NCBI GenBank assembly: GCA_965232515.1
Contig: CBDDPY010000002.1
Location: 4,640,001 to 4,704,000 of the forward strand
Source of the DNA: Alphaproteobacteria bacterium
GTDB lineage: Bacteria > Pseudomonadota > Alphaproteobacteria > GCA-2731375
Direction of reading: 5' to 3'
DNA: 64,000 nt
Shown: one piece after another, positions 1-9,613 of the stretch
Layout: each line of letters opens with the position of its first letter
How positions within the stretch are numbered: the stretch's first letter is position 1
Program-made: the position numbers and the translations under genes
The notes under the pieces: model-generated
Seen by the model: only the letters and a program-made list of their open reading frames with translations
The model's database searches: none
What the model was told of the DNA's origin: nothing

Positions 1-217
1 CAACGGCATCGGTATCGATCCGCAGTATGCCGAGCGCATCTTCATGATTTTCCAGCGCCTGCACGGCGCCGGCGAGTATGCCGGCACCGGTATTGGCCTC
101 GCGGTCTGCAAGAAGATCGTCGAGCGCCATGGCGGTCAGATCTGGATGGAATCCGAGCCCGGTCAGGGCACCACCTTCTTTTTCACGCTGCCGACCGAGG
201 GAGCCGCAGATGAGTGA
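1..217 (+). CDS. Sensor histidine kinase, C-terminal HATPase fragment (truncated by window edge; bacteriophytochrome/Cph1-like class)
   Basis: Frame from base 2 reads [21 protein letters not shown]...[34 protein letters not shown] (G1/F/G2 boxes); TGA at 215-217 overlaps the next gene. Confidence 0.9.
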   Translation, partial: NGIGIDPQYAERIFMIFQRLHGAGEYAGTGIGLAVCKKIVERHGGQIWMESEPGQGTTFFFTLPTEGAADE

Positions 218-665
218 ATTCGACCTCGCCAAACCGATCGACATTCTGATGGTCGAAGACAACGCGGGCGATGCGCGCCTGGCGGAAGAGGCGTTCAAGG
301 AAAGCAAGATGATGAACAAGCTTCACCGCGTCAAAGACGGGGTGGAGGCGCTGGCCTTCGTCCGCCGCACGGATGAGTTCACCGACGCGCCGCGGCCGGA
401 CATCATTCTTCTGGACCTGAACCTGCCCAAAAAGGACGGCCGCCAAGTGTTGGAAGAGCTCAAGAACGATCCGGACCTGAAAACGATTCCGGTCGTCGTC
501 CTGACGACATCGGAGGCCGAGCAGGACATCCTGAAGAGCTACGAGCTGCACGCGAACTGCTACATCACCAAGCCGGTGGACTTGGACAAGTTCATGGGCA
601 TCGTCAAGCGCCTCGAGGACTTCTGGCTCAGCATCGTCAAACTGCCGTCTCCGGCGGCGAGCTGA
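210..665 (+). CDS. Single-domain response regulator, Rcp1/CheY-like
   Basis: ATG at 210; [30 protein letters not shown] and FWLSIVKLP are typical of Rcp1-type receivers. Confidence 0.9.
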   Translation: MSEFDLAKPIDILMVEDNAGDARLAEEAFKESKMMNKLHRVKDGVEALAFVRRTDEFTDAPRPDIILLDLNLPKKDGRQVLEELKNDPDLKTIPVVVLTTSEAEQDILKSYELHANCYITKPVDLDKFMGIVKRLEDFWLSIVKLPSPAAS

Positions 666-706
666 TCCCGAGCCCCGGCGAGAGGTGATCGGACAGAAAC
701 GCCGCC

Positions 707-1882
707 ATGGCCGATATCGAGCCGATCAAAGTCCTGCTGATCGAGGACAATCCCGGCGATGCGCGCCTGGCCGAGGTCTTGCTGGAAGACATCGCGCCGG
801 GCGGCTTTCAGATCACGCATGTCGAACGCATTGCGGTCGCGCTCGAGCGCCTGGATGAAACAGACTTCGACGTCGCGTTGCTGGATCTGTCTCTCCCCGA
901 TACCAAGGGATTGGCCGGCGTCGAATGCCTGCAACAACGGGCCAAGCAACTGCCCATCGTCGTGTTGAGCGGCCTGGACGACGCGGCGGTTTCTCTGGAG
1001 GCCGTGCAGAAAGGCGCTCAGGATTACCTGGTGAAGGGGCAGGGGTCCGGCGAAGTCGTGGCGCGGTCAATCCGCTACGCGATCGAACGCAAGCGCGAAC
1101 AGCAGCTATTGATGGAAGCCAAGGAGCGTGCCGAGTTCGCCAGCCGGACCAAATCCGAATTCCTGGCGGCCGTGAGTCACGAACTGCGCACGCCGCTCAA
1201 CGCCATTATCGGCTTTTCGGAGATGATGCGGGACGAGGTGCTTGGTCCGGTCGGGAATGATGCCTACTGCGAGTATGCCGACCATATCTACAACAGCGGA
1301 TCGCACCTGCTGGGCATCATCAACGACATTCTCGACCTGGCGAAGGTCGAAGCGGGCACGGCCGAGCTGAACGAAGAAGAGGTCGACATCGCGGAAGTGT
1401 TCGAGACAAGTCGCCGCATGTTCGAGGCCCGTTGCCAGCAGGCCGGCAACACGCTGACCTGTGAGGTCGCGGACGGCCTGCCGCGATTGCGGGCCGACCG
1501 GCTGAAGCTGCAGCAGGTGCTGGTCAACCTGCTGTCCAACGCCGTGAAGTTCACGCCCGAGGGCGGCAGCATCGTCTGCAGCGCCTATCTGGAGCCGAAC
1601 GGCGACATGCAGATAACCGTGGTCGATACCGGTATCGGCATTGCAGAGGCGGATATCGCCACGGCGCTCGAGCCGTTTCGGCAGGTCGATAGCAGCCTGA
1701 GCCGGCAGTACGATGGCACCGGTTTGGGCCTGCCGCTGGCTACGCGTTTCGTCGAGTTACATGGCGGCACGCTGCGCCTGGAGAGCCAGTTGGAGGCCGG
1801 CACCGAGGTGACGGTGACGTTTCCGAAGCATCGGGTCTGCACGACTGAGGCGGCCGTGACCGAGACGGTACCCGCCGATTGA
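707..1882 (+). CDS. Hybrid receiver-histidine kinase (REC-HisKA-HATPase)
   Basis: LLIEDN and LLDLSLPD receiver; SHELRTPLNAIIGF H-box; NLLSNAVKFT, DTGIGI and GTGLGL boxes. Confidence 0.92.
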   Translation: MADIEPIKVLLIEDNPGDARLAEVLLEDIAPGGFQITHVERIAVALERLDETDFDVALLDLSLPDTKGLAGVECLQQRAKQLPIVVLSGLDDAAVSLEAVQKGAQDYLVKGQGSGEVVARSIRYAIERKREQQLLMEAKERAEFASRTKSEFLAAVSHELRTPLNAIIGFSEMMRDEVLGPVGNDAYCEYADHIYNSGSHLLGIINDILDLAKVEAGTAELNEEEVDIAEVFETSRRMFEARCQQAGNTLTCEVADGLPRLRADRLKLQQVLVNLLSNAVKFTPEGGSIVCSAYLEPNGDMQITVVDTGIGIAEADIATALEPFRQVDSSLSRQYDGTGLGLPLATRFVELHGGTLRLESQLEAGTEVTVTFPKHRVCTTEAAVTETVPAD

Positions 1883-2033
1883 TCCGACAAGGCCGTATCC
1901 CCGGACTTTGCGCTCATAGTAGACTTGGTTCCGCATCATCGAGGCTTCAGGCGATCTCTTGGCGGCTCGGCGCCGCGCGCCAGGGAGTCGGTCAACGGAC
2001 GCCCGCGACCTCGGCTGTCAAGGGAGGGCGTGC

Positions 2034-2486
2034 ATGTCAGTCGGACCTTTGCAGCGTTATCTGCATCTCATCGTTGTCGGTGTTTTTGGTTTGACGCTTG
2101 GATCGATTGGACCGTCGATCGCGGCCGATCATGCGGAGGGTCGTCAGCTTTACGTCGACGTTTGCGCCAAGTGCCATGGCGCGCTGGCGGAGCGGCGCAC
2201 CAGCGGGCTTGCGCGCGACCTGCTGATCCTCGTCGTCGCGCCGCCGCTGGGACCGAACCTGAGCGGCATTTTCGGCCGGTCGGCCGGGACGGTCGAGGGC
2301 TTCCGCTATTCCAATGCGTTTCGCAAGAAGGCGGCCGGCCTGGTCTGGGACGAGCCGACGCTTGACCGCTGGCTGACCGACAGCCAGCGGATGATCCGTG
2401 GGTCCTATATGTTCCTAAAGGTGGCCCAGCCGGCGCGCGGCAAGATCATCGCGTATCTGAAGGCCTATGGCCGGCATCAGGAATGA
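2034..2486 (+). CDS. Class I cytochrome c (c2-like)
   Basis: Signal peptide, CAKCH heme motif, GPNLSGIFGR and GSYM distal Met. Confidence 0.85.
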   Translation: MSVGPLQRYLHLIVVGVFGLTLGSIGPSIAADHAEGRQLYVDVCAKCHGALAERRTSGLARDLLILVVAPPLGPNLSGIFGRSAGTVEGFRYSNAFRKKAAGLVWDEPTLDRWLTDSQRMIRGSYMFLKVAQPARGKIIAYLKAYGRHQE

Positions 2487-2518
2487 GGCCGGCCGGCGGT
2501 TGTCCCGCCGGCCGGTCC
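2487..2518. terminator. GC-rich hairpin between convergent genes
   Basis: ggccggccggcgg-ttgtc-ccgccggccggtc inverted repeat; no clear U-tract. Confidence 0.45.
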
Positions 2519-2522
2519 ATCC

Positions 2523-4019
2523 TCAGGCCTTGGCGATGTAGCCGTAGGTCGCGTTGCTGCGCAGTCCGCCGGCCAGCTGGTACTGCCGCTTGATCTCGGC
2601 GAACTTGTCCGCCTCGAGCGGACCGAGATCGGCGCGCAGATTGAGATTGTAGATCCGGGCCGAGTTGAAGCCGAAGATGGCGTTCTTGATCATGCCGTCG
2701 GCGGGGCCGAGCGGCGCGAAGCCGTGCTTCTGCTGCATGTCCTCGGGAATCTCCAGGCGGCGCAGCGCCTCGATCTGCCATTGCGGCGAGCCGTACCACA
2801 TGGAATCCGTGCCCCAGACCACGTGGTCGGCGCCCATGCCCTTGATGTAGGTGCCGAGCAACGCCGCCGCGAAGCGCGGATTGGCCGTCGCCGAATTGGC
2901 GAAGCTGCTGCCGAGCTCGGCGTAGACGTTGCTGACGCCGTACTCCTCGGGAATGCGCGCCAGGTGGCTGGCCCATTTGATCTCGCCGGTGGCCTCGAAC
3001 TCGGCCAGCACGCGATCCGGCAGCTCGAGGAACGGTTGCAGGCAGCCGTGATAGATGACGAAGTTCATTTGCGGCCAGTCCTTGGCCGCCTTGCCGATGT
3101 CCCAGTGCGTGTTGTACTGCCAGACGCCCGGCCAGCTTTGCTCGTAGTCCGCCGGCATCAGGCCCTTGTGGATGGCGATGGTGTTGATGCCCGCCTTCAC
3201 CGCCTTCTCGTAGAAGGGATACATCAGCTCTTCGTCGTCGAGCCGCCAGGGATACTTGGTCTTCGGCGAAAGCGGGTCCCCGATCGTGTAGGCCTTCCAG
3301 GAATCGTGCCGGCCGCTCTCCAGTGACGCATCCACCTTGTCCATCCAGCCGTCCTGGCGCGGGGTAATCACGAAGTGGCCCAGCATCCGCCGCGATCCGG
3401 AGATCGAGTTGATCAGGTCCACGGCCTGCTGGATCTGGTCGTTCGGCAATAGCCACCAGGACGGATCGTCGAACGGCGCGCCGCTCAGCAGGGCGACCTT
3501 GGTGTCGCTGTTCAGGAAGATCTCGCGAACGTAGCTCTCGAACTTGTAGTACGACAGCGTGATCTGCTCCGGCGACAGCTTGGGGTTCCAGTTCTCGGCC
3601 GCGAACAGCCCCAGCCCCAACAGCCCCTCCTGCTGAAAATCGTCATGCACGAAATGGGTCTGGTCGTCGAAGACGAACTGGTTGCGCAGGCCCGCGGCCC
3701 GCGCCATCGAGGCTTCCGGTTGGGCCGCCTCGGCGCGGCTGACGTCGAACAGCGGGCCGAAGACGTCGTTCATGGCCAGGAATGCGGCGGCCATGCCCGA
3801 CGCGGTGCCCAGAAACCGCCGCCGGTCGAGGCCCTGCTTGCGGCCGAACTCGTCGGCAAGTTCCTTTACCCGCTCCTCGACCTGACGCTGCTGCTTGGTC
3901 TGCGGCGGCGGGTTGAACTCGCCATTGGAAACGATCTGGGTGGGAACCGGACTGCGGAACGCGTCCGTCTGCGCGGGCCGGACCCGCTTCAATTCGTCAT
4001 CGCTCAAGTAGTGTGCCAT
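2523..4019 (-). CDS. Amidohydrolase_2 family metallohydrolase with Tat-like signal
   Basis: DRRRFLG twin-Arg, DDQTH, AIHKG, VIYHG and WGTDSMWYGSPQWQIEA motifs. Confidence 0.85.
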   Translation of the reverse strand: MAHYLSDDELKRVRPAQTDAFRSPVPTQIVSNGEFNPPPQTKQQRQVEERVKELADEFGRKQGLDRRRFLGTASGMAAAFLAMNDVFGPLFDVSRAEAAQPEASMARAAGLRNQFVFDDQTHFVHDDFQQEGLLGLGLFAAENWNPKLSPEQITLSYYKFESYVREIFLNSDTKVALLSGAPFDDPSWWLLPNDQIQQAVDLINSISGSRRMLGHFVITPRQDGWMDKVDASLESGRHDSWKAYTIGDPLSPKTKYPWRLDDEELMYPFYEKAVKAGINTIAIHKGLMPADYEQSWPGVWQYNTHWDIGKAAKDWPQMNFVIYHGCLQPFLELPDRVLAEFEATGEIKWASHLARIPEEYGVSNVYAELGSSFANSATANPRFAAALLGTYIKGMGADHVVWGTDSMWYGSPQWQIEALRRLEIPEDMQQKHGFAPLGPADGMIKNAIFGFNSARIYNLNLRADLGPLEADKFAEIKRQYQLAGGLRSNATYGYIAKA

Positions 4020-4298
4020 GGCGCCGTTGCCCTCCGATATTCTTGTTGCGGAATACGCGAACTGGCTCGGCCGAACGGATTGACGCCGTTGGATCTACGC
4101 TACTGGCGTATCAATGCACTCCCAATACAAGACGACCACCATCCTCTCCGCCCGCCGGCGGCGACGTCTACGACGTGACGCGTGGTCACGGCGACGCTCA
4201 CAATCGGCCTGTCCTCAGGGTACGATGGGGTAAGTCTGAGCAAGGCGTTCAGGTTTGACAATCTCATTCTTTGCTGAATCAAGGCGGGGGAAGCGGCC

Positions 4299-5084
4299 AT
4301 GCGTGCACTGATAACCGGCGCCAGCCAAGGGATCGGCGCGGCGATTTGCCGTCGGCTGGCTGCCGACGCGCGCCGATCAGATGACAAGCTGCAACTGGCG
4401 GTCTGCGGTTCGCAGCATGCAGATGCGCTGTCTGCGCTGGTGGATGAACTGACCGCCGCCGGCGCCGAGGCGACGGCGGTGCTGGGCGATCTGGCCGATC
4501 CGGAGACGCCCGCGCGGTTGGTTGCATCGGCGGTCGATGCGTTCGGCGGATTGGATGCCGTCGTCAGCAATGCCGGCATCGCACGGCCCGGCGCGCTGCT
4601 GGATGTGTCGCTCGACGATTGGAACCGTCTGTTCGATATCAACACCCGCGCGACCTGGTTGCTGGCCAAGGCCGCGCATCCCTGGCTGCGGCAGGCGGGC
4701 GGCAGCCTGGTCATCGTCGCCTCGATGTCGGGGGTGGATCCGCAGCCGGGCATGGGCGCCTACAGCGTCAGCAAGTCGGCGCTGATCATGCTCACGCGTC
4801 TGATCGCTCAGGAATGGGCGGACGACGGAATTCGGGCCAACTGCGTATCGCCCGGATTGGTGCTGACGCCCATGACCGAGCAGGCCTATGCGGACGCGGA
4901 TTTCAAGCGCCGGCGCGAGGCGTTCGTACCGCGACGCCGGATTGCCGAACCGTTGGCCGACATCGCTGGCGTCGTCGCCTTTCTGCTGGGACCGGATGCG
5001 GCCTATTGCAGCGGTCAGAACCTCGTGGTCGATGGCGGGCTTACCGACTCGGTGTTGCGCGCCCTACCCGTACGCACCGTCTAA
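4299..5084 (+). CDS. Short-chain dehydrogenase/reductase
   Basis: TGASQGIG, SNAG, YSVSK (YxxxK), VVDGG. Confidence 0.93.
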   Translation: MRALITGASQGIGAAICRRLAADARRSDDKLQLAVCGSQHADALSALVDELTAAGAEATAVLGDLADPETPARLVASAVDAFGGLDAVVSNAGIARPGALLDVSLDDWNRLFDINTRATWLLAKAAHPWLRQAGGSLVIVASMSGVDPQPGMGAYSVSKSALIMLTRLIAQEWADDGIRANCVSPGLVLTPMTEQAYADADFKRRREAFVPRRRIAEPLADIAGVVAFLLGPDAAYCSGQNLVVDGGLTDSVLRALPVRTV

Positions 5085-5250
5085 CCGGCATTCCGGCTGC
5101 CAACGCGATCTGCGTCGCGCTCAGGCGTTCGATCAGTCAGACGCGGTCTGAAAAGCGCGGCAGGCGTTACGGTCGAGGATCGCGGCGCGGCACCGGCCAT
5201 GACAGGTGTGAGGAACCCAGGCCAAGCAGCGCCCACCAACGGCTTCAGAT

Positions 5251-5565
5251 CTATTTCTTGGCTTGTTGGCTGTCGAATAGCGCGTCGATAGTTTCCGTCG
5301 ATGCGTCGCGGAGATTGTCGTCCGGCGGCGGCGGCGCCAGGCTGAAATCTGTCTCGATATCCGTCAGAACCATGAATGGGATGACATAGTCACGGCCGTC
5401 GGCCGGCACCGCCTGCGGTGATGCGCCGGATTCATTTGGATTGGCCGGCTGTGCGACCGCTGAAACCGCCACCAGGCAGGCGGCAATCGTTAATAGGACA
5501 GCGCTACCGCAAAGGGTATTGCGCCATGCGGTATGTTTGTCGTCTTCGGCCCCTAGCCTACGCAT
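5251..5565 (-). CDS. Small secreted hypothetical protein
   Basis: Hydrophobic segment ending AVA-Q followed by a Pro/acidic mature region; start uncertain. Confidence 0.5.
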   Translation of the reverse strand: MRRLGAEDDKHTAWRNTLCGSAVLLTIAACLVAVSAVAQPANPNESGASPQAVPADGRDYVIPFMVLTDIETDFSLAPPPPDDNLRDASTETIDALFDSQQAKK

Positions 5566-5902
5566 CAACTTTCGGCTGTGTTGTGTTGCGGTGGGAGGTG
5601 TGGGGCCGACGCTATACTCAGTACCCGTCACAACTGTCATCCGGTATTATTGTTTATTTGTTAGGGTTAACATACGCGATCTTTCTCGTTCAAGGAACGA
5701 AAAAGGTAGTTAACGGAATCAAAATGGATACTTACTAGCTTCACATGGCTAGTGCCCCCGTCGCATGACCAAAAACGGCAACCGACAGCCTCACGCACGA
5801 ACCTTGCCGCGAGCCGATACATATTCAGAACGTCACCAGTGTTGTGGTAGTCGATGGGCGGCTCGTTGATGCCGGGGCAAAACAGGTCGGTGGATTGCTG
5901 TC

Positions 5903-6277
5903 ATGTCATTGAAAATACTGTCGTTAATACTGGTGAGCGTTTGTCTGTCGGCAGTCGCGCAACTGATCCTGAAGCTTGGTATGTCGGAGCCCCAGGTGCA
6001 AAGCGCAATGACGGGGAATGATCGCGTTGCCGTGTTGCAGGCGGTTGCGCTTAATTTCAAGGTCTTGGCCGGGTTGACCACCTACGGTCTGGGCGCCGTG
6101 CTGTGGCTGTTCGTGCTGGCAAGAACGGATGTGTCGATGGCTTACCCGTTTGTCGGTTTGGGCTTTCTTCTGACCATGGCGTTTGGCGCCTTGTTCCTTG
6201 GCGAACCGATGTCGCTTGCCCGGATCGGAGGTACAATCCTGGTCGCATCGGGCGTCTACCTGGTGGCGCAGAGTTGA
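5903..6277 (+). CDS. EamA/SMR (ArnE/ArnF-like) small membrane flippase
   Basis: 4 TM segments; AQLILKLGM, DVSMAYPFVGL and LGEPMS motifs. Confidence 0.85.
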   Translation: MSLKILSLILVSVCLSAVAQLILKLGMSEPQVQSAMTGNDRVAVLQAVALNFKVLAGLTTYGLGAVLWLFVLARTDVSMAYPFVGLGFLLTMAFGALFLGEPMSLARIGGTILVASGVYLVAQS

Positions 6278-6383
6278 GGCGCCGTCGGCAGCGTGACCAT
6301 AGCGGCTTGTTGGTATGCGACGTTCGCCAGCCCGCCCCAAACTGTGCGGCCTGTAGGAGCCAATTCGGCGCGGAACGCTGAAA

Positions 6384-7877
6384 ATGGCGGGAGCGGATAG
6401 ATTGGTCGAACAGCTCCAGTCGGAAGAAGCCGACGTACCGCTCTGCGTCGATCTGGACGGGACGTTGATCCGGTCCGATATCTTGGTCGAGTCGGCTTTT
6501 GCGCTGTTGAAACAGTCTCCGCTGTTGGTGCTGGCGATGCCGTTCTGGTTGTTCAGGGGCCGCCAGCATTTGAAGCTTCAAATCGCCCGGCGTGTGGCTC
6601 TCGATGTCGAGGCGCTGCCCTACGACGATGTCGTGGTTGACTTCCTCAGGCAGCAGCAAGCCGATGGCCGACGGTTGGTGATGGCGACCGCCACGAACGA
6701 AAGGCTCGCCGGCGCGGTAGCCGATCACTTGGGCATATTCGACGAGGTATTGGCGAGCAATGCGGACGCCAATCTAAAGGGCGACCGCAAGCAGGAGACG
6801 CTCGTTCGCCGCTACGGTGAACGTGGCTTCGATTATGCCGGCGACGCCTGGGCCGATCTGAAGGTCTGGTCGGGTGCGCGCCATGCCATCCTGGTGCGAC
6901 CGTCGGCCCGACTGAGCCGCATTGCAAATCAACGGTTCAATGTCGAGCGGGTGTTCGAGTCCGACAACCGGTCAGTCGCGTTCTATCTGCGTGCAATGCG
7001 GCTTCACCAGTGGGTCAAGAACCTGCTGATCTTCATACCGCTGCTGGCGGCACAGAAGGTCGCGGAGCCGCAATTGCTCCTGCAGGCTCTGATCGCGTTT
7101 CTCGTATTCGGACTATGCGCGTCGAGCGTTTACGTTCTGAACGATCTGCTCGATCTCTCGGCGGATCGGCGGCATCCGCGCAAGCGGTTGCGCCCCTTTG
7201 CGTCGGGAGCAATTCCGATTACGCACGGCGTCGCAATGATTCCATTGCTGCTGCTCGTCGCGGCGGCATTTGCCTACTTGCTATCGCCGATCTTCGCGGT
7301 CGTTCTTGCCGGCTACTACGCGCTCACGTTGGCCTACTCGCTCTGGCTGAAACAAAGGGTATTGGTGGATGTCCTGACGCTCGCCAGTCTCTACACCATC
7401 AGGGTCATTGCCGGCGCGGCGGCCGTTGCCGTCGCGCCATCGTTTTGGCTGCTGGCCTTTTCCATGTTCCTGTTTCTCAGCTTGGCGATGGTCAAGCGTT
7501 ATGCCGAGTTGATCGAAGTCGAGGCCAAGGGCGGCGAACAGATTCTCGGTCGCGGCTATCAGATCGTCGACCTGGAAACGCTGACGAGCCTGGGGGCGGC
7601 AAGCGGCTACGTTTCGGTTCTGGTGCTTGCCTTCTACATCAACAGCCCCGACGTGCAGATCCCGTATGGTCTGCCGCAAGCGATCTGGCTGGTTTGCCCC
7701 ATCATGCTGTATTGGATCAGCCGGATGTGGTTTGCGGCGCGCCGGGGCAAGATGCATGACGATCCAATCGTATACGCAGCAAAAGACAACATCAGCCGAT
7801 GGTGTTTCGTGACCGTGGTTCTGGTGTTGGCGCTGGCCGTCTTTGGCGCGCCTCTTGCGGATATCGCGGCATCCTGA
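6384..7877 (+). CDS. HAD-like + UbiA prenyltransferase (polyprenyl-phosphate phosphoribosyltransferase type)
   Basis: VDLDGTL HAD motif; RLHQWVKN, NDLLDLSADRRHPRK and HDDPIVYA UbiA motifs. Confidence 0.9.
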   Translation: MAGADRLVEQLQSEEADVPLCVDLDGTLIRSDILVESAFALLKQSPLLVLAMPFWLFRGRQHLKLQIARRVALDVEALPYDDVVVDFLRQQQADGRRLVMATATNERLAGAVADHLGIFDEVLASNADANLKGDRKQETLVRRYGERGFDYAGDAWADLKVWSGARHAILVRPSARLSRIANQRFNVERVFESDNRSVAFYLRAMRLHQWVKNLLIFIPLLAAQKVAEPQLLLQALIAFLVFGLCASSVYVLNDLLDLSADRRHPRKRLRPFASGAIPITHGVAMIPLLLLVAAAFAYLLSPIFAVVLAGYYALTLAYSLWLKQRVLVDVLTLASLYTIRVIAGAAAVAVAPSFWLLAFSMFLFLSLAMVKRYAELIEVEAKGGEQILGRGYQIVDLETLTSLGAASGYVSVLVLAFYINSPDVQIPYGLPQAIWLVCPIMLYWISRMWFAARRGKMHDDPIVYAAKDNISRWCFVTVVLVLALAVFGAPLADIAAS

Positions 7878-7897
7878 GCCGACAGGGCGCGATCGTC

Positions 7898-9580
7898 TTG
7901 CGACAAGGTTCCGACATCGTCATTCCGATCGGGCTTTTGTTTCTCTCGGCATTCCTGCTGCACTTCCCCCGAATTGTGTTGGACTTCAACATCTACAGCG
8001 GCGATTCCAAATTGTACTTCGTGAGTGCCGTCGATTTCGCTCGAGCGCTCGATGAAGGTCAGGCATTGCCGCGTTGGGTGGGTTGGGCGAACAATGGTCT
8101 GGGCGAGCCGGTCCACATGTTCTTTTCGCCACTGTTCTATTACGCGACAGCGCTGGTCGCGAAAATCACCGGCGAAATCTGGTTGGCCATGAAAGTCGTG
8201 ACCCTGATCGCTTGCTGGGCGATGGGTGTCCTCGGTTACCTGATTCTGCGACGCCTCGACTGTGCACGACTTGGTTTGTTCGCCGCCGTCTGCCTTCAAC
8301 TCACGCCGATTCTGCCCTTCTATCTTTTTAAGAGCGTGCATACCTACAGCAACGCCGCCGGATTGCTTTTGGTGGTTTATTGTCTCCTTCGCTACCAACC
8401 GCGTGCGGAATTCATCAGCATCATGGTTGCGCTGGCGGTATTTCTCACGCTGGTGATGCACTCGCTGAGCGGCATCATGAACCTGATGTGTCTGTTCCTC
8501 GGGTTGCTCGCCGCCGCACTGCTGACGCGACGGAACCTGCGCGTCGACGTCTTTCGGATCGTCGGTTTCGGCCTGTCGTCCCTGATCGGACTTGGATTGG
8601 CGCTGTTTCATGTGCTGCCGGCCTACATCGCCAAGTCCTACGTCAATCCGGCCTGGCAGGCGAGGGATCTCGGCGCTTCGATGATGCTGCCGGTTGTGCA
8701 GGAGGCGAGCGAACTCAGATGGTTCACCGTTCAGTGGACGCTGCCGCTCTTGTTCCTGGCCGTGAACATCTCGACCTCATGGCTGCTGTGGCGTCTGAGG
8801 GATCGGTGGTCGACGAAACATGACTTTGCATTGGTTTGTCTGTGCGCGTCCTGGTCGGCTCTGCTGCTAGGAAGTGGCTTCGCGGTGCCCGTCTGGGAGG
8901 TTTTGACGCCCTTGCAGACCTTGCAGTTTGGGCATCGTCTGGCGTTTCCACTGACGCTGTTTGGCCTTCTCGCGTGCCTGGCAACGGCTGTCATTGCTTG
9001 GCATGGGGATCTGTCTCGCCTCATGCGCCAGGCTTCCGTTCTGCCGGCCGTCCTTTCCGCCGTCATCGGAGCACTCGTTCTCGCCAAGTTTTCGTTGCTT
9101 GACGCCGCACCATCCGCATTTGCCGGCTCGGATGGCGTGTTCATTCGCGGCACCCACTACTTCCGTCCGATTACGGCCGGCGAGGCGCGATACGACTATG
9201 TCGAGGCCGGCGGTTTCCAGACCGAATGTCGGGGGCTGGGTATCGACTGCGCGTCGACGCGGGACGATCTTCACGATCGGCGTTGGATGATCGATGCCGG
9301 ACAGTCGGTGCAGGTGCGTCTGCCAGTGCTGCATTTTCCGGGCTGGGCGGTCTCGATCGACTTCAAGAAGGCCGAGATTTCACCCGATCCGGAGACTGGT
9401 TTGATTTCGGTCGAGGTTCCGGAAGGGCGATCGTTCGTGCGCCTCTATTGGTCATATGCCGGCTATGAGCGGATCGGTATTGCGGCTTCGTTGGCGTTTC
9501 TGATCGTGCTGATGGTTGTTTTTGGCCTTCGTCGGAAAGCTGGGGCGCCGCAGCACGGCGGCGACCCGCCGCTGTCCTAG
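7898..9580 (+). CDS. Multi-pass membrane protein, YfhO/PTPS-related GT-C-like glycosyltransferase
   Basis: PRWVGWANNGLGEPVHMFFSPL periplasmic loop, many TM segments, C-terminal HFPGWAV domain; start uncertain. Confidence 0.7.
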   Translation: MRQGSDIVIPIGLLFLSAFLLHFPRIVLDFNIYSGDSKLYFVSAVDFARALDEGQALPRWVGWANNGLGEPVHMFFSPLFYYATALVAKITGEIWLAMKVVTLIACWAMGVLGYLILRRLDCARLGLFAAVCLQLTPILPFYLFKSVHTYSNAAGLLLVVYCLLRYQPRAEFISIMVALAVFLTLVMHSLSGIMNLMCLFLGLLAAALLTRRNLRVDVFRIVGFGLSSLIGLGLALFHVLPAYIAKSYVNPAWQARDLGASMMLPVVQEASELRWFTVQWTLPLLFLAVNISTSWLLWRLRDRWSTKHDFALVCLCASWSALLLGSGFAVPVWEVLTPLQTLQFGHRLAFPLTLFGLLACLATAVIAWHGDLSRLMRQASVLPAVLSAVIGALVLAKFSLLDAAPSAFAGSDGVFIRGTHYFRPITAGEARYDYVEAGGFQTECRGLGIDCASTRDDLHDRRWMIDAGQSVQVRLPVLHFPGWAVSIDFKKAEISPDPETGLISVEVPEGRSFVRLYWSYAGYERIGIAASLAFLIVLMVVFGLRRKAGAPQHGGDPPLS

Positions 9581-9613
9581 ATCAGATCCTCAAGCCGCGC
9601 TCTCCGGCCCGGC

